Source of the DNA: Trypanosoma brucei | Lineage: Eukaryota | Assembly (NCBI GenBank): GCA_000002445.1 | Contig: CH464491.1 | Span: 1,504,001 to 1,568,000, forward strand | Direction of reading: 5' to 3' | Length of the DNA: 64,000 nt | Shown: positions 1-9,701 of the stretch, one piece after another | Position numbering within the stretch: the stretch's first letter is position 1 | Layout: each line of letters begins with the position of its first letter | Made by a program: the position numbers and the translations under genes | The notes under the pieces: generated by a model | The model's input: only the letters and a program-made list of their open reading frames with translations | Told to the model about the DNA's origin: nothing | Database searches by the model: none

Positions 1-789
1 TATAGAAACGAGGAATATGTTGGAGCCGCTATTCGAGCAAGTGGCGTGCCCCGCTTTGAGCTTTTCATTGTCGTGAAAATTGCTCCAAAGGTAACAAGAA
101 CGGAGGAAGCCGTCGAGACATGCATCCGTGAGAGTGTGCGGAAACTTTGCATTGATTACGCCGATTGTGTATTAATTCACTGGCCCGGTTGCGGTGGGCG
201 CATGCCACATGAAACAGAGGAACACAAAGCCGCACGCCGCCGCTGCTGGAAAGTAATGACAGCCCTTCAGCAGGAAGGGATCGTTCGCCATTTGGGCGTG
301 TCAAATTTTGCTGGAAGACATTTTGCTGCACTTTCTGAAGATGGGTCGGAGGCAACACTGTTTGCGGAAGGGAAAGTCAACAAACCAGTGGTGAATCAGA
401 TAGAGTTGCATCCCTTGTGTGTGCAGAAAGATGTCTGTGACTACTGTAAGGAACACGGCATAATACTTCAACAATACTCTCCTTTAGGACAGTGCAACGC
501 CAAACTTATCGAACATCCGGCTCTTTGCTCCGTGGTGAAGGACACATTCTCTGGGTTTTCTGTCCATGATGTACTGTTGTTGTGGGGACTGAGCCAAGGC
601 TTTTGTGTAATCGTCCGAAGCAAATCAAAGAAACATATTGAGCGTAATTGGGAGGTCGCGAAAAGTTTCTTCTCGGAGGGAGCCCTCACTAAGGTACATT
701 TAGAACGGTTACGGGACTTGAGGGAACTCATGAAAGTTGAGGGAACGGAAGACCACCATTTTTGTTGGCATAGCAACACGATAGATTAA
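1..789 (+). CDS. Aldo-keto reductase family protein, 5'-truncated; the frame is open from base 1.
   Basis: Frame 1 is open from position 1 (YRNEEYVGAAIRASGVPRFELF...) and stops at 787-789. It carries the AKR-type motifs IHWPG, LGVSNF and NQIELHP. The listed 46 start is a GTG, and the real N-terminus lies upstream of the window. Confidence 0.8.
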   Translation, partial: YRNEEYVGAAIRASGVPRFELFIVVKIAPKVTRTEEAVETCIRESVRKLCIDYADCVLIHWPGCGGRMPHETEEHKAARRRCWKVMTALQQEGIVRHLGVSNFAGRHFAALSEDGSEATLFAEGKVNKPVVNQIELHPLCVQKDVCDYCKEHGIILQQYSPLGQCNAKLIEHPALCSVVKDTFSGFSVHDVLLLWGLSQGFCVIVRSKSKKHIERNWEVAKSFFSEGALTKVHLERLRDLRELMKVEGTEDHHFCWHSNTID

Positions 790-1777
790 GGGCTGTCGAA
801 GTAAAGGGGCGATATTCCCTCACCTGCAAGTCTTCAACTTCTGAATTATGCTGGATGCACTTCGGAAGGAAAGACCTAGGACCCTTGATAGTTGCTTGTA
901 TTCTACCGCTCGTCTAACATTGCGGTGATCGCAAACGTGCTGAGAAATGCGCAAAGGAGGCTAAGAAGGAAAGTGCTCGCCGTGTAGACTTTTTTAGTAT
1001 CGTCCGTTCGTTGCATTTTAACGTTTTGAAGTGGTATTCATTTTGATGAACTTTCCTGCAGTTTCTTCACATTTGAAGGATGGAGAAAATTTATTCCGTG
1101 TGGTGAAGAACGTAAGCGCTGTGGGTTCTCTCTGGTGAGGGTTCTTGACTCAAGAAACTATAATACTGCGGAGGTTCTTTCGGTTGAAACCAAGTCTGTA
1201 AAGTAATGATGTTCCAGTGGAGCGGTTTGTGATATACACACATATGTATATTTAAGGTAACCATTGGCCGCTGCTTGTACTCCACAGGAGTCGATGACAT
1301 TGTTATTTCGAATGTCATGTCATCTACGCGATTAGGGCCAAATCAGAGCGTTGTTCAAAGTTCACGTGCGTGTGATACTTCCTCACTGTGTGTCGTGAAG
1401 TGCGGTTGCATTCAACGTGAGTACAACGTGGGAATTAGGTATAAACTTATTTACCACTTTAATTCACGCGAATCTGTTGTACCCCGAAACACCACTAGCG
1501 CCGTGTTTTATGATAATCATGTTTGCATTTGCGTATGTATGTGTGTGTACACACATACGTGCGGTTGTTCTGTTATGGACTCGTGATTGTTATTGTTGTG
1601 GTTTATTTTTAAGACAGTGTGGATCCTGCGCTGTGGTGCACTCTACTACCATCTTTTATGCAATGTTATCTGTCGCTCCACTACTTTTCATCAAGTGTTA
1701 TTGGTAGGATTATATCAGCACCTTCTAGTTTAACTCAGAGGTCGATACTTTCTTTTCTCTTTTTTTTTCAAACAGCG

Positions 1778-2062
1778 ATGTTCCGGCAGCGGCTTCTGTT
1801 CTCCGCTGTGAAACCTTCCCGTAACCTCCTCCGGGATTGTGGTCGCGAGAAGCGTCTTATGGAATCTGAAGGTGATTTTGTCGATCGACATCTGGCATCT
1901 CTTGTGGCTGAACGAGAAAAGGCTTATGCGGGACTGTTTGGTGGGTCCCTTGCCGCCACGTGCCTTACGTTTGTTTCAATGGGACTGTTTGGTTTGACAT
2001 TTGGCTATCATGCTGGAAAAGCAGTCATAGACGCCTATGGAAAAACGCGAATATCGGCTTAA
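1778..2062 (+). CDS. Small hypothetical protein of about 94 aa.
   Basis: The first ATG, at 1778, opens MFRQRLLFSAVKPSRNLL, which is rich in basic and hydroxylated residues like a presequence. A hydrophobic helix follows (FGGSLAATCLTFVSMGLFGLTFGY). The track's 1619 start is a GTG. Confidence 0.4.
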   Translation: MFRQRLLFSAVKPSRNLLRDCGREKRLMESEGDFVDRHLASLVAEREKAYAGLFGGSLAATCLTFVSMGLFGLTFGYHAGKAVIDAYGKTRISA

Positions 2063-2447
2063 AGATGATGGAAAGCAAAGTCGGAATAATTTCTCTCCTC
2101 CCTGTGAAAGCTCCGGTTGGGCATACCACTAAAAGAAAATTCATTGTTTTGCGCAGTTATATATACTACAATCCGTCTGTTTTTTTATTTTCTCCCCCCC
2201 CTGTGCAAATGTTGTTTTAACGATTAAAAGTTATCTATTTCGTACTTTCGTTTCGTCACTTCTTGCGTTCCCTCCATATTTTTTCACTTTCGGTATGTCC
2301 CACGAGTGCCACTAACGCGAAGGTTGAGCAGTTAGGGCGTACGCACGGGCGTAAGATTCGTCAGTCACTTATACATATAGAAGTATTATACTAGAGAGAT
2401 CACGAGTCCATCTTTGTAATTGCTAATATCTCTTCAGAGGAATAACA

Positions 2448-4520
2448 ATGTTAAGAACGAAAAGCACAACCGCTGCTGGCCGGCAGGATAAGATGTTAAA
2501 GCACCAAAGAGCATCGGCGCGTGGGGGCGAGACGGGGTCAGGGACTCGTACCCCTGAAGGTTTATCTCCATCGCGTGAAGTGCTGCGTCGCAGTGAGCCC
2601 CTGGCTACGTACAGAAGATATTCCGACAGCATTGGAGAGGATGGGTACAGTGACTCTGGGAAAATATACTGTGAACAATATCAGGCCGCTTGGACGAGAG
2701 TAACAACAGGGTGTATGTCGGGTATTGCATTCGTCCTAGTTGTTGCGGTCCTCTATGCCCTATATATACTCTGCAGTTCTTACATTTACAGTGTTGGCTG
2801 TGCTGTGGTCCTTTCTATCGCTCTCCATCCAAATCGTTGTGGTGGAGAAAGTCGTAATTGGAAAGGACGGTATATCGAAAGAATGCGCTCAACGCGCGAG
2901 AAATGGACGGGACGTTCGAGAGTTTTTGGTCTACTGGGTTCCCTTCTTTCCTTAACTCACTTTTTTCGGTATGCACTCGGGCGTGGTGTCGCCTTTTCTG
3001 GCGTTGACAAGCTACTTGGCAGAGCCGGTAAGAGAGGACGCAAGTTTGTCAAAATATGTGATCCCAGCGCTGGTAGTAACTCGGGGAAGGATTCAAAACT
3101 TCAGCAGAAACCAGCCAATGTTTTGCCTGCTGGAGACGCCAATTCTTTGAAGTGGCAGGAAGAAAGCACGCTTTCTTGTATTCTGTTGGTGGTCCTCATC
3201 TGCTTTGTCGCCCATTTGATGTTCGGCATACTGTTATTCCTTGGTATACATTCCATACTCATCGCCTTGTTCATCATCACCGTCCCTTTCATGACACCGG
3301 ATCGCTTCATGTCTGTGATGTGGCGCGTGTGGCTCTTAGCCATCACTGTCTTCTTCTTTGTTGGATTTTCATATAATGTTGCATTGGACGTCATTTCCAT
3401 CAGCGATGTCGTGAAGCAAACAACATCAGTTGTGGTTGAAGCGGGGGAAAAGTGGACGGGTGGGGTGAAGGAAGGCAATCGTACAAATGTAGCGGCAAGT
3501 TTTGCCAACGGAACTGCAGCCTCTTCCTCTTCCTTCGCTGAGTTTGTGAACATGACGCGGTCGAAACTGAACAAAATGTTTTTACAAGAGCTTGCTTACG
3601 CAATGAACCACACAAATGCAACGGAACTTGCCTTGACCGTGCAGCACGCAGTTTCTCCCTTGATGTCCTCCCTTTCGTCCGATATTAGCGTTCGTTCACT
3701 GCTGAAGAATGGCGGGAATATTCGGGGTAATTTTGCGCAACTCAAGAAGTTGTATGAACAAGTAGTATGGACCGATGTCGCACAAAAACTCATGGAACGG
3801 TGGCAAGAACTCTTTGTCTATGCAAATCAACTCTTGATGAAGCTGGGATCTAATGTTTTGAACCTCTTTGACTCTGTGTACGCAGTTATGTTATTGTTTG
3901 TCGTCATGCATCATCTATTGCAGTTGGAGCACACCGTGCTGTACTACATACTGGCGAAGTTGCTAAAAGTGCTAGATCCCCAGTGCGGTGAGTATCACGC
4001 ACGTAAGATTGAGACTGAGATAACGAACTCTTTCCACACTCTATTACAATCATTTTGGCATAAGGCATGTTTTCGATTTTGCATTACTTTTTGCCTTTTT
4101 AAATGCTGGTCGTTTCCAACGCCGTTACTGTTTGGTGTGGTTTCTGCCGTTATTGCACTTTTGCCACTCGCACCTAAGTGGATATCTCCTGTGGCCCTTA
4201 CATTCATGTACAAACTCTTCTGCGCGGCATATGGTGATGGGTTTGCAGCGGCTCTCGCAGATCCTTGTTTGTGGTGTTGCTTCTTGGCTTTTTGTGCAAC
4301 GTACATGGATGAGCGGTTGCTTTGTGTGTCGCAAGGGTTTCTCGACGATCGTTCTTCGGTAGCGTCTGCACCAGGGCAGTGGAAGCTGCCAACTGCTGTT
4401 ATCAGTACCGCACTTGTGTTGGGGTTCTTTCAGTATGGTGTATGTGGTATCTTTCTTGGACCGATGACAGTTGTCTTGGCAAAAGTTTTATACGATAACT
4501 GGGATACGGCAATGGAGTAG
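2448..4520 (+). CDS. Polytopic membrane protein of 690 aa, hypothetical; the C-terminal part weakly resembles AI-2E/TMEM245-type permeases.
   Basis: ATG at 2448. There are many long hydrophobic segments, for example IAFVLVVAVLYALYILCSS and ILLVVLICFVAHLMFGILLFLGIHSILIALFIITVPF. The C-terminal GIFLGPMTVVLAKVLY is typical of permease-like proteins. Confidence 0.65.
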   Translation: MLRTKSTTAAGRQDKMLKHQRASARGGETGSGTRTPEGLSPSREVLRRSEPLATYRRYSDSIGEDGYSDSGKIYCEQYQAAWTRVTTGCMSGIAFVLVVAVLYALYILCSSYIYSVGCAVVLSIALHPNRCGGESRNWKGRYIERMRSTREKWTGRSRVFGLLGSLLSLTHFFRYALGRGVAFSGVDKLLGRAGKRGRKFVKICDPSAGSNSGKDSKLQQKPANVLPAGDANSLKWQEESTLSCILLVVLICFVAHLMFGILLFLGIHSILIALFIITVPFMTPDRFMSVMWRVWLLAITVFFFVGFSYNVALDVISISDVVKQTTSVVVEAGEKWTGGVKEGNRTNVAASFANGTAASSSSFAEFVNMTRSKLNKMFLQELAYAMNHTNATELALTVQHAVSPLMSSLSSDISVRSLLKNGGNIRGNFAQLKKLYEQVVWTDVAQKLMERWQELFVYANQLLMKLGSNVLNLFDSVYAVMLLFVVMHHLLQLEHTVLYYILAKLLKVLDPQCGEYHARKIETEITNSFHTLLQSFWHKACFRFCITFCLFKCWSFPTPLLFGVVSAVIALLPLAPKWISPVALTFMYKLFCAAYGDGFAAALADPCLWCCFLAFCATYMDERLLCVSQGFLDDRSSVASAPGQWKLPTAVISTALVLGFFQYGVCGIFLGPMTVVLAKVLYDNWDTAME

Positions 4521-5094
4521 ACAATGTTTCTGCTCATTACGATTGTACACTGTATCTTTAAATTTTAAATATTGAGGACTCAATGTCCTGGTGTTGTGCC
4601 CCCCCCCTCCTCCTTGCATGTACCGTACACGTTAGGAATAGGTATAGCAACGGATCGGGAAGCAGGGAAGATAATAAAGAGAAATATGGAACAAAAGTCG
4701 GTGGAAGCAGTTGAGATACGGTAAGACGTAGTGGGCACTTCATGGTGTGGAATTGTTTTTCGATAAACTGTAATCTGCCCTTGCTCCTACGTGCTTTATC
4801 GTCATCGCTGATCCACAAGGTGACAATATACATGTATGTACACATGTACGGAAAACCACTAAGTAATAAACGAAGCGACCGTCGGTGTCTTGACGACGTA
4901 TTGCTTGTTACGTTGATTATAGTGATAACCGCACATACTCGTTCATGGAAGCTTTTGCTCTTCTATTCCCCGTGGACCCTTCGTGGTAACTCGTGTTGTG
5001 TGTTGCCTCCTGCGGACGGTCTCTGTCCATCCGTTCTCCCCTTTTGATTATGGTTGTTTGATAAAGGTGAGTCTATTCATACTCTTTCTCCTTC

Positions 5095-5943
5095 ATGAGA
5101 TGCAGCCGTGTCACATTTTGTAGACTTGAAATTCACAGGCAACTTGAGGTTTATCTGCGTCACTATAAGTGCAGCAGCCATTCTTCCGCTGCCATTCCCT
5201 CGGCGGTTGCTGCAACGCCTGTGCCATTGGTGCTCAAACCAACCTTTTTAGTGAGCGCCTGCCTCTTAGGAGAGCCTGTCACGTATCGTGGTGAGAGTAT
5301 TAAACCACGTAACCCGTGCTGCACGCCAATCGGATTTATCGTTGATTTCTTGTGGCGTCGGTGTGGTTTGATTGACTGTATTGCAGTGTGCCCTGAGATG
5401 GATGTTTTAGGTATGCCGTCACCACGGCCCCCATTACGTTTAGTACGCGATGCAGCAACTGGGCAGCGCTCAGCGTTATCGTCTGATGTTGCTGTGAGGT
5501 TGCCTCTGACACCATTCACTGATAACTGGACGGATGATAGCGGACTTAAGCAAAGGTTGACGCTTAGGGATCCGCGATTGGTTGAGGAACTTCTGCAAAA
5601 GCGGCTGATGGGTGTCGACGGTTGCGTGCTTAAATCCCGTTCTCCAAGCTGCGGTGTGGGCGATGCAAGACTTTACAACAATGTGGCGGGAGGAAAGTAC
5701 GTGAAGACGGATGGTTTTTTCGTGGAGTCGTTCATCCGTTCCTTTCGTTCGGATGGTGAGGCACCTTTACCGGTTGTAACAGAGAAGTCATTGTATTTTG
5801 ATGATGACAAGGTGCGAACAAGAATGAACGAAGCGAAGAAAAGTTGTAATTGTGGTGTGCTCGCTTTTTTAAATAGTGCGTTGAAGCGTCACGAAGCCCG
5901 AAAAGGCAACAGTGCTCTTGTTTCTCACCGGTATCCCTACTGA
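5095..5943 (+). CDS. Hypothetical protein of 282 aa with a Cys-rich N-terminal region that may be DUF523-like.
   Basis: ATG at 5095 and a long ORF in the same orientation as its neighbours. The motif ACLLGEPVTYRGES resembles the CLLG..RYDG signature of DUF523, but I hold that only weakly. Confidence 0.5.
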   Translation: MRCSRVTFCRLEIHRQLEVYLRHYKCSSHSSAAIPSAVAATPVPLVLKPTFLVSACLLGEPVTYRGESIKPRNPCCTPIGFIVDFLWRRCGLIDCIAVCPEMDVLGMPSPRPPLRLVRDAATGQRSALSSDVAVRLPLTPFTDNWTDDSGLKQRLTLRDPRLVEELLQKRLMGVDGCVLKSRSPSCGVGDARLYNNVAGGKYVKTDGFFVESFIRSFRSDGEAPLPVVTEKSLYFDDDKVRTRMNEAKKSCNCGVLAFLNSALKRHEARKGNSALVSHRYPY

Positions 5944-6237
5944 TCACACGAGTCGTTTCGCATTGATTCTAAAGCACTGTGCTCTATGTCATGAAGTGTT
6001 CTTATTTGCTGGTGGGGCCACCGGTCTCCTGTTTTCGTAACTTCCGTATGTCTTTTAGCTATTTGCATTTGTGCATGCGTTCTGTTTCCGCTGCCGTGTA
6101 GTCTGAATTCCAGTATCCAACTGTAGGTCACTTTTACCTTCTCGCTTTGTTATATATTGTCCCTTTTTACCTCTTTTGGACACTTCTAGGAGTGTTTTCG
6201 TTAAGTTCGGATATCGCAAGAGTGGTGCGCTGTATTC

Positions 6238-6489
6238 ATGAATCAGTCTAGTTCATTATGGGGCGAGGAGTTTGAGGTGCTCAAGCAAATGCAGGAGGAT
6301 CGCATGAACTTCGCCAACAACATGACGTGCCACGAGCGCTGTGTCTCGCAATATTGGTTCAACAACTTCTACGGACCGGAGCACCGTTGCATGAGGAACT
6401 GCTTGGAGAAGTTAAATCAGGTGGGCGTTATCACAAATATTGTTTTCACAAAACATGAACAGGGTAAGACAGGAAGCAAAGGAAAGTAG
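6238..6489 (+). CDS. Small Tim (Tim9/Tim10 family) chaperone of the mitochondrial intermembrane space.
   Basis: It is 83 aa with a twin CX3C motif, C-HER-C (CHERC) and C-MRN-C (CMRNC), about 20 residues apart. That is the defining small Tim signature. Confidence 0.6.
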   Translation: MNQSSSLWGEEFEVLKQMQEDRMNFANNMTCHERCVSQYWFNNFYGPEHRCMRNCLEKLNQVGVITNIVFTKHEQGKTGSKGK

Positions 6490-7013
6490 GATGCCGGGCA
6501 TTTAGTTGGCATAGGCCTTTCCTTGGATATTTTCCTAAAGGCAAAGTGCAGAAGGGGGTCATAGTGTGCCTAAATCGCTTGAGGGGTAAAGGACACCGGC
6601 AATTCGGCGGTTGCTTTTGTTACTCGTTGTACCAGTTACATCATCAATTTTCTAATCATTCTGCGAATAGTCAAGGAGAAATACTGCTGTACGTACATTT
6701 TTTTAAACTTGTCTTTCACATGTATTAGCACACGCGAATGCAGGTTTAAGTAGGCGATTCACTTTTCGTTGCGCACTTTCCTTCTTTTTGTTAATTTCTA
6801 TTGAGGTATGTTCTATCGTCAGTATCTTCTGCGTACGCTTGTGTGGTGTTCGCTCCTCTTTCATATCCGTATCGGAAAAAAAAATAAGACAGAGGGAGAA
6901 CATTATGCCGAAATGCGAAAGGCAGGACTCCTTGATGTCTGGTGGTTAAAAAGAAACTAAAAAACATCACTAAGCATATCTCATCGGTGTTTTCGTTAGT
7001 CAATACTTCACAA

Positions 7014-7018
<5 letters not shown>

Positions 7019-7045
<27 letters not shown>
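7019..7045. repeat. (TG)n dinucleotide microsatellite of about 13 units, intergenic.
   Basis: tgtgtgtgtgtgtgtgtgtgtgtgtgt seen directly, upstream of SRP54. Confidence 0.95.
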
Positions 7046-7391
7046 ATTGGGATGTGGGGTAGGGAGGGGGTGATCAAACACAGGAAGAAGAAACAGTAAC
7101 ATAAAACGTAACATTGAGACGGCTGCGAAAATGAAATTTGCTGGCACGTTATTCATTATCATCATAAAACACATTACAGTTGTGTGTGTTGTCCTTCTCT
7201 GTCATTCCCAGCGCAGGGAAATAGCAACATATGCATATGTGACTATGAACGTACTAATGAATAACCGCATTTGGCGTTTTCACATGTAGATATATTTGTC
7301 TTTTGACTAACAAATAAACTCCAAAACTTTGTGGTTTGTATTTACTTTAGTAAAGGAAGGAAAACTCTTTGAACAGAAAAGATTGTGGAAG

Positions 7392-8855
7392 ATGGTGTTA
7401 GCAGAACTCGGACAAAAGATCGGGGCGGCGATCTCCAAAATGTCATCCAAGTCGTTTGTCGGCGAGGATGACGTGAAGGAGTTTTTAAATGAGGTTGCTC
7501 GAGCACTTCTTCAAGCCGATGTGAACGTCAAAACGGTGAAGGAGCTCCAGCAAAATGTCCGTGCCGAAGTCGCCATTACGGCAGAAGCAGCGGGGCTAAA
7601 CAAACGCAAGATGCTTCAGACCGCCGTTTTCAATGGAATCAAAAAAATGCTTGACCCTGGTGTGAAGCCATTTATACCTGCCAAGGGTAAGACAAGCATT
7701 GTGATGTTTGTGGGGTTGCAAGGATCCGGGAAAACGACGTCATGCACTAAGTACGCTGCATACTTCCAGCGTAAAGGCCTAAAGACGGGTTTAGTGTGTG
7801 CCGACACCTTCAGAGCCGGAGCCTACGACCAATTACGCCAGAATGCAACAAAAGCAAAAGTACGCTTTTATGGTTCGTTGACCGAGGCCGATCCGGTCAT
7901 CATTGCCAAAGAGGGAGTGTTGGAGCTGAAGAAGGAAAAATATGATCTCATTATCGTCGACACTAGTGGGCGCCACAAGCAGGAATCGGCACTGTTCGAA
8001 GAGATGAAGCAGGTGCAGCAGGCAGTGAAACCAAATGATATTGTTTTCGTAATGAGTGCAACAGATGGGCAGGGTATAGAAGAACAAGCGCGACAGTTCA
8101 AGGAAAAGGTGCCTATTGGTTCCGTCATCGTTACAAAGCTTGATGGTCAGGCAAAAGGTGGTGGTGCCCTTGCGGCTGTAGCAATGACAAAGAGCCCTAT
8201 TGTGTTCATTGGAACGGGTGAACACTTCGACGATTTTGAACTGTTTCAACCAGAAAGTTTTGTCAGCCGAATGCTTGGTATGGGCGACATGCGGGCATTG
8301 GTAGACAGCATGAAGGACGCAAACATTGACACTGATAGCGAATTGTATAAGCGCTTTCAAGATGGACAATTCACCCTACGGGACATGTACGAACATTTAC
8401 AAAACGTTCTCAAAATGGGGTCGGTCAGCAAAATTATGGATATGATTCCTGGTATGTCAGGCTTTACTGGGAATGCCGGTGACGCTGGTGACGTGACACT
8501 AAAAACGTTTATCCACATGATGGACAGTATGACCGCTGCTGAACTTGACGACTCTCGAGTAAAAAAGACAATGACTCCGACCCGTATTCACCGAATTGCT
8601 AGGGGAAGTGGTCATACCATTCTGGAGGTGCACAACCTCATCACTAGCTATACCAAATTCGAGGATGTGGTAAAAAAAATGGGGAAGGTGAACTTTAAGG
8701 CCATGACGCAAGATTCCAGTACCGCCTTCTCTGGAAAAATGGGGCAGCAGCAGGTACTGCAGTTAGCAAAGGCGCTTAATCCCACAATGCTACGCCAGAT
8801 AGGTGGACTTACAGGCCTCCAGGACATAATGAAGCAACTTCAGAGCATAAAGTGA
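7392..8855 (+). CDS. SRP54: Signal recognition particle 54 kDa protein (SRP54).
   Basis: It begins MVLAELGQKIGAAISKM, the N domain. The G domain has GLQGSGKTT, DTFRAGA, DTSGRH and KLDG. The C-terminal M domain is Met-rich (MGDMRALVDSM, MGSVSKIMDMIPGM). The track's 7329 start is a TTG. Confidence 0.95.
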   Translation: MVLAELGQKIGAAISKMSSKSFVGEDDVKEFLNEVARALLQADVNVKTVKELQQNVRAEVAITAEAAGLNKRKMLQTAVFNGIKKMLDPGVKPFIPAKGKTSIVMFVGLQGSGKTTSCTKYAAYFQRKGLKTGLVCADTFRAGAYDQLRQNATKAKVRFYGSLTEADPVIIAKEGVLELKKEKYDLIIVDTSGRHKQESALFEEMKQVQQAVKPNDIVFVMSATDGQGIEEQARQFKEKVPIGSVIVTKLDGQAKGGGALAAVAMTKSPIVFIGTGEHFDDFELFQPESFVSRMLGMGDMRALVDSMKDANIDTDSELYKRFQDGQFTLRDMYEHLQNVLKMGSVSKIMDMIPGMSGFTGNAGDAGDVTLKTFIHMMDSMTAAELDDSRVKKTMTPTRIHRIARGSGHTILEVHNLITSYTKFEDVVKKMGKVNFKAMTQDSSTAFSGKMGQQQVLQLAKALNPTMLRQIGGLTGLQDIMKQLQSIK

Positions 8856-9701
8856 GTAATTTGTTCTTGTTAGTGAAACTTTGTTTGAATCGGCGGAAAT
8901 AGTCCAAATTATTGCAGATGTGCCAATGAAGGTAAAATGGAGATGTGATAGGGAGATCAAAGGAGAGGGAACAAGTTGTAGTGGCGGGAGGGGGAAGAAA
9001 TCAGAAATCTGCGATAGGGAAAAGTAACAAATGGGGAAATGTTTGCAACTGTGTGGTTTGCGGTGTGTTTGTATTGTGGCAGACTTGCTCGTGGCGTGAA
9101 CTTGTTGTCTTTTTTTTTTCTCCCTGTGAAACGTAAAAATACCACCACATCTGTAGTACTTCTGTTATCTGTTTAGTTGCCATATTTCGTATCACTGTCA
9201 GTTGTGCTCTGTACCCCTTATAAAGACTGTCATAACGAATTGAGTGTGTGCAAGTATTCACACTTTCCTCTCGAAGTCGCGTGATGCAAGTGGTATAACG
9301 GCACTGGTGTGTGTGCGTACTAGCGCTTAAACATATTTCTTGTTTTCATTCTCCTTCATTAAGTTTCTTCAATTGTTTCTTTTTACTGGCGCTCTGCTTT
9401 TCTTGGGGAAACTGCCCGGCAATATCTGCGTCTTCAGTTCCTTCACACGTTGCCTTTCTCTCCCATTATGTCTGTTCTCCTTGGGGAAGCAGCTTACTTC
9501 TACACCTTCCTAGTTTCGGAGGATAGAGAAACATAGATAGAAACGACCGCGCGCATATACATAGTGTAGCATATACGACTTTTGTCTGCAAAAAAAAAAA
9601 ACATATATATATACATACAAACGAGGCTGCACACAAATAACTTTTCAAAAAAAAAAAAACACACGCAGGTGCATCAGGCGTGTTGTGTAATCGGACATTC
9701 G

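Noticed and set aside
7833-8369. A 178-aa ORF antisense to SRP54.
   Set aside because: It lies entirely inside a confidently identified conserved gene on the opposite strand. Its composition is low complexity (F/L/C-rich), so I judge it spurious.
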